Source of the DNA: Desulfatiglandales bacterium
Lineage (GTDB): Bacteria; Desulfobacterota; DSM-4660; Desulfatiglandales; Desulfatiglandaceae
Assembly: GCA_963662465.1 (NCBI GenBank)
Contig: OY759599.1
Location: 1,376,001 to 1,440,000, forward strand
Reading direction: 5' to 3'
Length of the DNA stretch: 64,000 bases
This document shows, in pieces, positions 10,916-19,771 of the stretch. Within the stretch, counting starts at the first letter, position 1, and each line of letters starts with the position of its first letter. The notes under the pieces were generated by a model, which saw only the letters and a list, made by a program, of their open reading frames with translations, ran no database searches and was not told where the DNA came from. A program made the translations under genes and the position numbers.

Positions 10916-13900
10916 TCAGGATACAGCCGACCTCATTCGTGCGACGCCTACGCTTGAGGGTCTTGATCGTCAATCCTTGCCCGATCTATTGACCGAGGCG
11001 TTTGCAGAAATCGCTGTGGCGAGAATCAGGTTGCGCGATTTTGATGAGGAAAACCTTGAAGCGCTCACAAGGCTTGTTGAGAAGATGCGGCGGCTCGCAT
11101 ACACAAATGAAGCCTTGGTTTCTGTACTTCCCGAACGTGAAGACAGAAGTTCCGCTGCTTTTGTGGCCGCTACTGCGCACCAACTTTGCTTTAATGCAGA
11201 CAGCCTTTTCAAACATGTTTCCAAACCAACATTTATCGGTATCCGGACCATATCTAGCGATATTGCGGCTATGCTACTGTTCATGGTTGCGGAAGCAACA
11301 TCAGACGCAAGTGAAGTCTCAAAAGCGATGATCTGGCAAGCCAGCGACCCGATTGAAGAGGCTCTGATAGCGTCCCTTCGTGATCTTGCAAAAGGCAAAC
11401 TCCTCACCCTGACAAACCGCAGCATTCCAGATCGTGAAACTGTTGTGTCAGAGTATCCGGCCAGGAGTGCGGTGCGTGCTCTCTATCTCGCAATTCTAGA
11501 AGGTGTTCACGTTCTCGCAAACCAATTATTATTCGGGCATTTATTGGATGATTCTCGCAATCCTGTATCGTTGTTTCGTCGGATCTGTGAGCTTAGCATC
11601 GGGCCTGATCAATTTGTTTCAGAAAAATGGGTTGAGTCACCGAGCAGCGCTTTTTCCGGCCCGTATCATTTGGCATCGCTCCTGATTGCAGTCTCAAAAG
11701 ACCTTTCAGACAGCGCAGTTACGAAAATTCCCGCTCCATCTGGTGTTGATCCGATAAAATGGAGTCGGAGCATGCGTCGTATCGCAAAAACACGTCCCTT
11801 TCTCTGGCGAAATCATCGTTATGCAATTGATCAGGGATATTTGCAGCCGGGCACGTCCGCGGCGGTAGGTTTTCCCACTGGCGCCGGAAAATCAACCCTT
11901 GCAGAGCTCAAGATCAATAACGCCCTTCTGGCGGAGAAGAATGTTATATTCCTTGCCCCGACCCATGCCCTAGTCGATCAGACTTCGCAGTCATTGAGGC
12001 GATCGTTCCCAACGGCGTCGGTCCAGCGCGAACGACAGGACGAGTTTGGATTTGCTACTGGCGACGAGGATCTGCCTGAAATCCTCGTGATGACGCCGGA
12101 ATCCTGTCTAACGCAAATGAGCATTGATACGAGCGCATTTGAGAATATGGGCCTAGTTGTTTTCGATGAGTGCCATCTGCTTCATCCCAGTGAAAACCCC
12201 AACGATCGACGCTCCATTGATGCGATGTTGTGTGTACTGAACCTGTCCACTATTGCAGGCGAAGCCGATTTCCTTTTGTTGTCTGCGATGATGAGAAATA
12301 CCAACGACATTTCCGGATGGATCACAGAATTGACCGATCGGCCTTGCTTATCTCTGAATTTGCCATGGAAACCCACTCGACAATTGCGGGGAAGCGTCGT
12401 CTATAATCAACAGACCGTCACAAGGCTGCAAAATGAATTGACCCGCGCAAAGAAAAGTGCGACGACCAAATACCCCACGGCGGCGCTCAAGAAAACGCTT
12501 AATGCAATGCCTCAGGCGCTTTTTAGCATGAAGCAAACCTGGGCCACGAACAATCGAGAGGACTATGCGCTGGTCGACTTGCTCGATGATTCCGTTCAGT
12601 TGGCAGCCAGTCAGTATTGGAAGCTCACCCCAAATGCGGTGGCAGTATCTTCTTCCATTTCGGCGGCCTCTGCTGTTACGGGTGTGAAGACGCTCGTGTT
12701 CTTTCAGACCATCAAAAATGCGGCGAGCGCTACAAAGCAAATCTCCGACCTTCTTGGGCCGATCTCAATCAAACTGAACAACGAGGAGGCCGGGTGGCTG
12801 GACACCGCTAGAATGGAAATGGGTGGCATCTCACACCTTTATCTTGCGGTTCGAAATGGCAGAGTGGCCCAGCAAGCAGCGGTGCACCATGGTTTGCTGT
12901 TGCCGGAAGAACGACATCTTTGCGAATCTTTGTATAAGCGCGCAGATGGGATAAAGGTCTTGACGGCAACCTCCACGCTTGCTCAAGGGATGAATCTGCC
13001 GAGTGAACTTGTGATTATTGGTGAGGATAGCCGTTTTGATCAGGTCAAGGATAAGCGCGAAATTCTCAAGGCGCAGGAATTGCTGAATGCAGCCGGTCGC
13101 GCTGGGAGGGCGGGTGAGAATTCCAGTGGTATTGTTCTGGTCGTACCAGGCAAGGTTGTTGGCATCGATCTTGACGAGCTAACCATCGGAGCACACTGGA
13201 CTGATCTACGCGAAATATTTGGGCAATCAGATCAATGTCTTGATATTAATGACCCCCTCACGGCAATCTTGGACCGTGTTCACGCTGGTACAGAAAGAGC
13301 TAGAGAGATTGAAAGGTATGCTATCCTGCGGCTTGCATCGGGTGGAAAAGGCGACACCGAAACTGAAGCACTTTCGAACGCAATAAAGTCTTCCTTTGGC
13401 GCCTATCTCGCTCGAAAGAAAAAGGACTATAGCTGGTTAAAGGAACGGATCGATACGGCTACAGCCTTTTTCAAAGAGCAATCTCCAGAAACCGAACGCG
13501 AACTGGTTCAAACTCAGATTGCGGCGAGCTTGGGGCTTTCTCTTGAGCTGGTTTCGCGGTTGTCGGCCGCCCTTGAAGACAGAGGGCCAGGCCCGGACTC
13601 AAAGGTTCCGGATTGGAAGCGCTGGTTCTTCCTGTGGCTCTCTGAGAATCCCGATCTTCTTGAACAAGTCTGTCGGCGGCAGAGCCTTGTCGAACTGTTC
13701 GGAAGAAAAGCCTATGAGGCATTTACAACCGACGAAGAAAAAGCTGCTTATGCGCTTCCAATCCTCAGTAAACTTATTTGGTGCTGGATGAAGGGTGAGC
13801 CTCTGAGCGAGATGGAAAAGGTTTTGGGAACTGATCCGAAAAAGCTCAAGACATGTGACAAGGCACGTCGGTTTGCGCTTAGAATTGTTCCCGAATTGTC

Positions 13901-14210
13901 CTATTTATTCGGTTTGCCGGCATTGCTCCATGAACGAACGCAGGTGAAAGCGGATGATCCTGTTCCACTTCCCGCCGTCCTCACGCAACTGGGCCGTTGC
14001 GTAAGGTTTGGTTTCGATCTCCATGAGAAAGCGGCTCTCAATCAAATTCTGCGCAAGGCGCGGTTATCGCGCCGTCAGGTTCACCAACACTATGCGTTGG
14101 TTAAGCAGCATTTGGCATCAGCGTCGACAAGCGAAACATGGGAGCAGACGCTCCGAAGAGTCGAGATGGCTTCCGAAAAAGAGCTCAATGCCAAATATTT
14201 TGATGAATAA
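10908..14210 (+). CDS. hamB: DEAD/DEAH-box helicase, Hachiman HamB-like
   Basis: PTGAGKS, DECH, LSA, TSTLAQGMN and GRAGRAG motifs; GGAGG RBS before ATG 10908. Confidence 0.75.
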   Translation: MYDQDTADLIRATPTLEGLDRQSLPDLLTEAFAEIAVARIRLRDFDEENLEALTRLVEKMRRLAYTNEALVSVLPEREDRSSAAFVAATAHQLCFNADSLFKHVSKPTFIGIRTISSDIAAMLLFMVAEATSDASEVSKAMIWQASDPIEEALIASLRDLAKGKLLTLTNRSIPDRETVVSEYPARSAVRALYLAILEGVHVLANQLLFGHLLDDSRNPVSLFRRICELSIGPDQFVSEKWVESPSSAFSGPYHLASLLIAVSKDLSDSAVTKIPAPSGVDPIKWSRSMRRIAKTRPFLWRNHRYAIDQGYLQPGTSAAVGFPTGAGKSTLAELKINNALLAEKNVIFLAPTHALVDQTSQSLRRSFPTASVQRERQDEFGFATGDEDLPEILVMTPESCLTQMSIDTSAFENMGLVVFDECHLLHPSENPNDRRSIDAMLCVLNLSTIAGEADFLLLSAMMRNTNDISGWITELTDRPCLSLNLPWKPTRQLRGSVVYNQQTVTRLQNELTRAKKSATTKYPTAALKKTLNAMPQALFSMKQTWATNNREDYALVDLLDDSVQLAASQYWKLTPNAVAVSSSISAASAVTGVKTLVFFQTIKNAASATKQISDLLGPISIKLNNEEAGWLDTARMEMGGISHLYLAVRNGRVAQQAAVHHGLLLPEERHLCESLYKRADGIKVLTATSTLAQGMNLPSELVIIGEDSRFDQVKDKREILKAQELLNAAGRAGRAGENSSGIVLVVPGKVVGIDLDELTIGAHWTDLREIFGQSDQCLDINDPLTAILDRVHAGTERAREIERYAILRLASGGKGDTETEALSNAIKSSFGAYLARKKKDYSWLKERIDTATAFFKEQSPETERELVQTQIAASLGLSLELVSRLSAALEDRGPGPDSKVPDWKRWFFLWLSENPDLLEQVCRRQSLVELFGRKAYEAFTTDEEKAAYALPILSKLIWCWMKGEPLSEMEKVLGTDPKKLKTCDKARRFALRIVPELSYLFGLPALLHERTQVKADDPVPLPAVLTQLGRCVRFGFDLHEKAALNQILRKARLSRRQVHQHYALVKQHLASASTSETWEQTLRRVEMASEKELNAKYFDE

Positions 14211-14290
14211 GACAGCGGGGGAATGTGAATAAAGAAGGGGGCTAAATAAATAAGTTGACATGATTAGGCTCGAATTCATAGTTCCGGATT

Positions 14291-14671
14291 ATGCCACGAT
14301 TAAGCCCATTTAGTGAGCCCGGTATTCTGCACCACGTGATCATAAGGGGCATTGAGCGTAGACGAATATTCAGGGACAGCAAAGACCTGGATGATTTTTT
14401 AACGCGTTTTGGGGACCTCATTCCCGAGACAAGAACTGCCTGTTACGCCTGGGCGCTTTTAACCAACCATGCCCACTTTCTTCTGCGAACCGGAGATTCT
14501 CCTTTGGCAACCTTCATGCGAAGACTTTTGACCGGGTATGTGGGGCAGTTTAATCGCCGACACAAGCGATATGGGCCTTTGTTTCAAAACCGTTTCAAGT
14601 CGATTGTGTGTCAAGAAGATGCATACTTGCAGGAAAGGAAAAAGCAACAGTATCGAAACTTTTTTGAATGA
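14291..14671 (+). pseudogene. RAYT/Y1 HUH transposase, 3' truncated
   Basis: HHVIIRGIERRRIF, NHAH and LFQNRFKS present; sequence ends before the catalytic YxHLNP motif. Confidence 0.85.
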
Positions 14672-14773
14672 CCCGCTCTATGGTATAGACATTCGGGAAA
14701 AGCCAAGCAGTAATGTAGACTGGTCAGAGTACCTCGGCTAACCAAACAAAAAATATGGAGACACATAATATCA

Positions 14774-15076
14774 ATGGACTTCAAGAGTTTGGCAAGAATC
14801 TGCGCAGAGGCGGAAATGAACCACATGATAAATGGAAAATCAGGAGAGCCTGTGGTCCGGGTCGGTGTTACCGGAGACCGGACAAAGGAAACGCGCGTAC
14901 ACATATTAACAGCACCCGAAGGTCATTCGGTCCTGATGGGAAAACCGGTCAAATATGTCAAACTGCATGACCTGACAATCGTGGATATCGTATGCCGCGA
15001 TATCAGAGCGTTTTACAGCAGCAGGAACTGGATCTTGGAAGAATTTATCGATGAAAAACCAAAGGTGCTGCACTGA
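14774..15076 (+). CDS. Hypothetical protein
   Basis: 100-aa ORF, no recognised motif. Confidence 0.45.
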   Translation: MDFKSLARICAEAEMNHMINGKSGEPVVRVGVTGDRTKETRVHILTAPEGHSVLMGKPVKYVKLHDLTIVDIVCRDIRAFYSSRNWILEEFIDEKPKVLH

Positions 15077-15193
15077 CATTTGGCAGCCGGGAAGCACGTC
15101 TGCCTTTAGCTGTTGTTGGCGATTCAAAAATATCTAATTTATGCCACAAGAGAACATTCAGGCATTTTATTAACAGCGTAGAAAAGGAGACAC

Positions 15194-15805
15194 ATGGTTA
15201 AACAGAACAATCCTAAAACAATGTCAGTCCCCAGTGGTCCGGAACCAAACGCGTACCAAATCCAAATGCCGGTGCCACACCCAACACAGGCGCAGCGCGA
15301 TTACGTCTTCGAACACCTCTTTAAAGACGGTCCCACGCGTATGGCAACCGAAGTTTTTCCTGGTTCTCAGATCATCGTCGATAAACACACCTTCGCACGC
15401 AGAGGAAAACCGCCTGACGGCGAGAGCCCAGATCCAAAAGTCCAAACCGCGCCTACCATCTTTTCTCTCAACGATCTGGCGCTTCTCTACGCGTGGGTGA
15501 CCTTCAACGGCTATATTCCGCACGATCAGCGCTCGATCATGATTCGACACAAAGGTATTTCCGAGTGGGATCAGGCTGCGGTCGCGATAGCCGAAACACC
15601 GGACGGCACAACCCACATCCTTTACGCAAAAGCGTTCGAGCACTTCCCCATCAGCGATGATCCGTGCATATCCGACGTATCGTTGCTCGCCGTGGATCTC
15701 TCGGACGTCGAGGCGTTTTTTAAGATAACAGGCAACATCAACCGACTGTGGAGAACCCAATACAAAGTCTGGCACATGGCAACAACCTGGACCGGCCGGG
15801 TATAA
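15194..15805 (+). CDS. Hypothetical protein
   Basis: 203-aa ORF with a clear AAGGAG RBS. Confidence 0.6.
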   Translation: MVKQNNPKTMSVPSGPEPNAYQIQMPVPHPTQAQRDYVFEHLFKDGPTRMATEVFPGSQIIVDKHTFARRGKPPDGESPDPKVQTAPTIFSLNDLALLYAWVTFNGYIPHDQRSIMIRHKGISEWDQAAVAIAETPDGTTHILYAKAFEHFPISDDPCISDVSLLAVDLSDVEAFFKITGNINRLWRTQYKVWHMATTWTGRV

Positions 15806-15925
15806 ATGCCCTGGTGGTTCAAATACTCTCTGCCTGTTTAAATGTCCGAAGACAATCGAAAGGGGGGGGTGGCCAGGGTGTAGCAAGCGGAGGAATTTAG
15901 AATCCACAACGGCTTTAAACCCATT

Positions 15926-18900
15926 ATGCTCAACAAAAAACATAAATCCAATAAAACCGACCCGGCTCACTGTAAGCACCTGAAAGATAAAGCCCGGGAC
16001 ATGACCGGCTGCGAAATCCTAAAGAGTGCCCAAGGTCTTTATGACGCCTGGCGGCAGGAAAACCTAGAAACCATTTTGGATCGCTCCGCTGAAACCGTTC
16101 ACGCTATCCTGGCCGGTCTCAAGATGTTGGGTTTGGACCCTGATCACCTGTTTGCCCGCATGGCCACAGTGGTCAAATCCCCGAATGGCTGCCATTCAAA
16201 CCAACGGGCAAGGATTTCTGAGGATGCTATTCCGGGGATGCGAGATGCGCCGTCTTTCCTGTTCACGCCGAATAACGCAGCGCAGATGGTGGATCTGATT
16301 AAGAAGGAGATGATTGCAAGCGACAGGGTCTGGGTCGCCTCCGCCTTCTACTCTCCGGGAGTCATCAACCTGCTGATCTCCAGTTTTACCCGCTTTACAG
16401 AAACCGGGGGGGAACTCAAAGTCCTTACTTCCACCATGGGCAACTTCAACAGACCCGACTACCTGGTACATCTCCGAGATACCGTGCCGGGTATCCGGGT
16501 AAGGGTTTACCACCCCCGGAACATTCCGTTTGATAAAGCCCCTCCCCCCTTCCACCCGAAGGCCTGGCTGTTTCGCCACCGGGATGGAACGGGGGCTATC
16601 CTGATTGGCTCATCTAATTTTACGGAGGCAGGTTTTTTGAAGAATGTGGAGTGGAATTATTTTTCCGCCGGTGAAGTGAACATCCACTTTGAACAAACAT
16701 CCCCCTTTGAAGACGCTATTTCCGAATTCACGCGGCACTGGGACCTTGAGTCCGTCGAGATTTCCGACGAGTTTCTCTCAGCCTACCGAAACAGGTGGCA
16801 GATGCCGTACGATAGGCGGCAGGACGTTTTCGATCCTCCCGCTGAGAACTGGTCAACGGCGTCTGGAGGGGTAAACCCGAGCGAAACGGCGGTGACACCC
16901 AATCCGGCTCAAATCGAAGCCCTCGTTAGCCTTTCCCGCATGAGAGGACAGGGGATCAAAAAGGCCTCCGTTATCGCGGCCACGGGTGTGGGCAAAACCC
17001 ATTTGGCGGCCTTTGATTACAAGGAGAGCGGGCTCGAAAATATGCTGTTCATCGCACATCGGGAAAACATTCTACTGAAAGCCAGGGAGACATTTCAGAG
17101 CGTCCTGAAGGATGATGTTTTCGGGGAACTCCTGGGGGCAGGCCGGGAAGTCCAAAACGGCTCCGGGGCCGTCTTTGCCATGATCCAGACCCTCAGCCGG
17201 CCGGAACAGCTGGAAAGATTTTCGCCGGATCATTTTGAGTACCTGGTGGTTGACGAGTTTCACCACGGCATGGCGCCCACCTATCTGAAAGCCATTGATT
17301 ATTTCAAACCCCGGTTCATGCTGTGCTTAACAGCCACCCCCGAGCGCATGGACGGCAGGGATGTGCTGCGCCTGTGCGATTACAATGTAGCCTATGAAGT
17401 GCGGTTGCTCGACGCCGTGGACAGGGGGTGGCTCTGCCCCTTTCAATACTTTGCCGTCTATGACGAAACCGACTACCGGCAGATCGCCTGGCGCGGCGCC
17501 CACTACGACGATGAAGAATTGACAAAAGCACTCAGCAGTGACACCCGCACGGCCATTGTTTCCGCCAACCTCAAAAAATACCTTCCCAGTACCGGTAAAA
17601 CGAAGGCACTGGCCTTCTGCAGCTCCGTATCCCATGCGCGATATACGGCGGAAAGGTTGACCCTTGATCACGGCATCGAGTCCCTGGCGCTTTCGGGGAG
17701 TGACCCCGGGGATATAAGAACCGCGGCACTGGCCCGTCTTGAGAACGAAAACGATCCCCTCCGGGTACTCTGCACCGTGAACATTTTCAATGAGGGTGTG
17801 GATATTCCGGGCCTGACCCATGTGCTTTTTCTGCGGCCCACCCAGTCCTTTACGGTTTTTCTTCAGCAGCTGGGACGGGGTCTTCGAAACGCACCGGGGA
17901 AGGAATACCTGGTGGTCATCGATTTCGTGGGCAATTTCAAAAAGGCCCATGTAGCGCCCCTGGCCTTGAGCGGTTATACATCCGTTCAGGAATTTGTGGT
18001 GGATGGTGTTGCGGCGTTTAGGAGTGACGGTTCCGGTTTTACGCTTCCCAAGGGCTGTTTTCTGGATACGGATCTGGATGTCAAACGTATCTGGGACCGC
18101 GAGATACGCAATATCCTTGATGGAAATATTTCGGTTGAGGAAAGACTTAGAGCCCTTTACGCCGATATCCGGTCAGATCTGGATGGCACGTCTCCGTTTC
18201 TCACGGATTTTCTCGACAATGCATTCCGTATGGATCCCTATGTGTTTATCAGGCATTTCGGGAGCTGGTTGAGGACAAAACTTGAATGTGAAGGGCATCT
18301 CGATCCAAAGGAACAAGCCCTGCTGGATACCCCGGGTGAAGCGTTCCTCGGTCATTTGGAATCAGGCCTGAGCCCGGTAAAATCCTATAAGATGGTGGTG
18401 CTGACGTGTCTCCTGGAAATGAAAGAAACCATTTGGGATGTGGAGGCGATTGCAACCGCATTTCGTGGGTTCTTCCTTGTGCATCGGGACAAGCTCTTTG
18501 ATTATGACGACTTGGCAGGTTCCAAGGATCCCGAGGATTTTCCCATCTCGAAGGTTACGACAAAACTGCTCCAGATGCCGCTCAAATATCTGAGCAACAC
18601 GGATACGGACTGGTTCATCCTGGACAAGAACCGGGGGACGTTTGCCTTAAAGCCGGAAGTGGTCCCTTACTGGAATGATCCCTTTTTCAGGGAACTGGTG
18701 GCGGACCGGGTGAAATTCGCCATGGTGCGGTATTTCTCCCGAAAAGCCCGTATTGCCAAGGTGTTGTTCAGCGAAGATATTTTTAAAAGTGGTTTCCCGG
18801 TCGATCGTGATTTTGCTCTTGATTTTTACGCGGAAAGACCGCTGAAAACCGGTGAAAGCCGGAAAGTGAAGCTGAAGGTCAACGGTGGAATCTATGCCGT

Positions 18901-19108
18901 CTCTTTCCAGCGTGCCGCATCAGGGAGGGAGTACAAAATCGGGTACGAACCGGAAAACGAAGTTATCCAGGCATTCAGGGAATATCTGGGGAACCGGTTC
19001 AAGTCGGGTGAAACGGCGTTTACCCTGAAGGTTTCAGGGAAGCATGATCTGGCCGTGGAGGCGTTTCTTGAATGCGTTGACATGGGCGGGAGAGTGAGAA
19101 AACCATAG
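15926..19108 (+). CDS. PLD-nuclease plus SF2 (Res-like) DEAD/DEAH helicase
   Basis: FHPKAW...GSSNFT, ATGVGKT, DEFHH, LTATPERMDG, QQLGRGLR and C-terminal SYKMVVL; start uncertain. Confidence 0.85.
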   Translation: MLNKKHKSNKTDPAHCKHLKDKARDMTGCEILKSAQGLYDAWRQENLETILDRSAETVHAILAGLKMLGLDPDHLFARMATVVKSPNGCHSNQRARISEDAIPGMRDAPSFLFTPNNAAQMVDLIKKEMIASDRVWVASAFYSPGVINLLISSFTRFTETGGELKVLTSTMGNFNRPDYLVHLRDTVPGIRVRVYHPRNIPFDKAPPPFHPKAWLFRHRDGTGAILIGSSNFTEAGFLKNVEWNYFSAGEVNIHFEQTSPFEDAISEFTRHWDLESVEISDEFLSAYRNRWQMPYDRRQDVFDPPAENWSTASGGVNPSETAVTPNPAQIEALVSLSRMRGQGIKKASVIAATGVGKTHLAAFDYKESGLENMLFIAHRENILLKARETFQSVLKDDVFGELLGAGREVQNGSGAVFAMIQTLSRPEQLERFSPDHFEYLVVDEFHHGMAPTYLKAIDYFKPRFMLCLTATPERMDGRDVLRLCDYNVAYEVRLLDAVDRGWLCPFQYFAVYDETDYRQIAWRGAHYDDEELTKALSSDTRTAIVSANLKKYLPSTGKTKALAFCSSVSHARYTAERLTLDHGIESLALSGSDPGDIRTAALARLENENDPLRVLCTVNIFNEGVDIPGLTHVLFLRPTQSFTVFLQQLGRGLRNAPGKEYLVVIDFVGNFKKAHVAPLALSGYTSVQEFVVDGVAAFRSDGSGFTLPKGCFLDTDLDVKRIWDREIRNILDGNISVEERLRALYADIRSDLDGTSPFLTDFLDNAFRMDPYVFIRHFGSWLRTKLECEGHLDPKEQALLDTPGEAFLGHLESGLSPVKSYKMVVLTCLLEMKETIWDVEAIATAFRGFFLVHRDKLFDYDDLAGSKDPEDFPISKVTTKLLQMPLKYLSNTDTDWFILDKNRGTFALKPEVVPYWNDPFFRELVADRVKFAMVRYFSRKARIAKVLFSEDIFKSGFPVDRDFALDFYAERPLKTGESRKVKLKVNGGIYAVSFQRAASGREYKIGYEPENEVIQAFREYLGNRFKSGETAFTLKVSGKHDLAVEAFLECVDMGGRVRKP

Positions 19109-19124
19109 AGAACGGGTGGGCGGT

Positions 19125-19712
19125 ATGACCGATTATTACCAGAAAAATTATCTTGCGTACCACGATCAGACCTTCAGTATCGACCCCGCATCTTTTCTTT
19201 CACCGCTGGTGCGCGCTATGGCTCCCCGCGGCAGCATCCTGGATGTGGGGTGCGGTTCCGGGCGCGATATGCGGTGGCTGAAAGACCGGGGGTTCCGGCC
19301 CACGGGTTTTGAGCGGTCAAGCGGCCTGGCCGCACTGGCGAGGGAGCATTCAGGGTGTTCGGTTCTGGAAGGGGATTTTGAGGCTTATGATTTTTCGGGT
19401 ATGGACGTGGATGCGATCCTGCTGGTGGGGGCACTGGTGCATGTGCCGCACGAGCGGTTTTCGAAAATACTTTCAAATATTGCTCAGGCGTTGAACCCCG
19501 AAGGCCATGTGCTACTCACCCTGAAAGAAGGGGTGAAGACCCGGGCCGCTGCCGGGGGTCGGGTGTTTTACCTCTGGGAGGATGGGGCGCTCAGTGCCGT
19601 TTTTGAGCCGCTTAACCTCACAGTGGTGGATTTTTCCCGGCAGATTTCTAAAGTCAGAAAGAGCGATGTGTGGTTGGGGTATGTGTTGAAGAAACAGGGC
19701 TTCGCGGATTAA
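19125..19712 (+). CDS. Class I SAM-dependent methyltransferase
   Basis: ILDVGCGSGRD motif I; paralog of 34427-35005. Confidence 0.88.
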   Translation: MTDYYQKNYLAYHDQTFSIDPASFLSPLVRAMAPRGSILDVGCGSGRDMRWLKDRGFRPTGFERSSGLAALAREHSGCSVLEGDFEAYDFSGMDVDAILLVGALVHVPHERFSKILSNIAQALNPEGHVLLTLKEGVKTRAAAGGRVFYLWEDGALSAVFEPLNLTVVDFSRQISKVRKSDVWLGYVLKKQGFAD

Positions 19713-19747
19713 CGTGAAATAGAGCATTTTGTTGTTCCCCCGGGCTG

Positions 19748-19771
19748 GTTCCCACGCAGAGCATGGGAACG
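19748..19771 (+). repeat. REP-like hairpin forming the intron 5' exon end
   Basis: GTTCCCA-CGCAGAGCA-TGGGAAC-G; a partial second copy GTTCCCACGCAGAG lies at 35085-35098. Confidence 0.75.
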
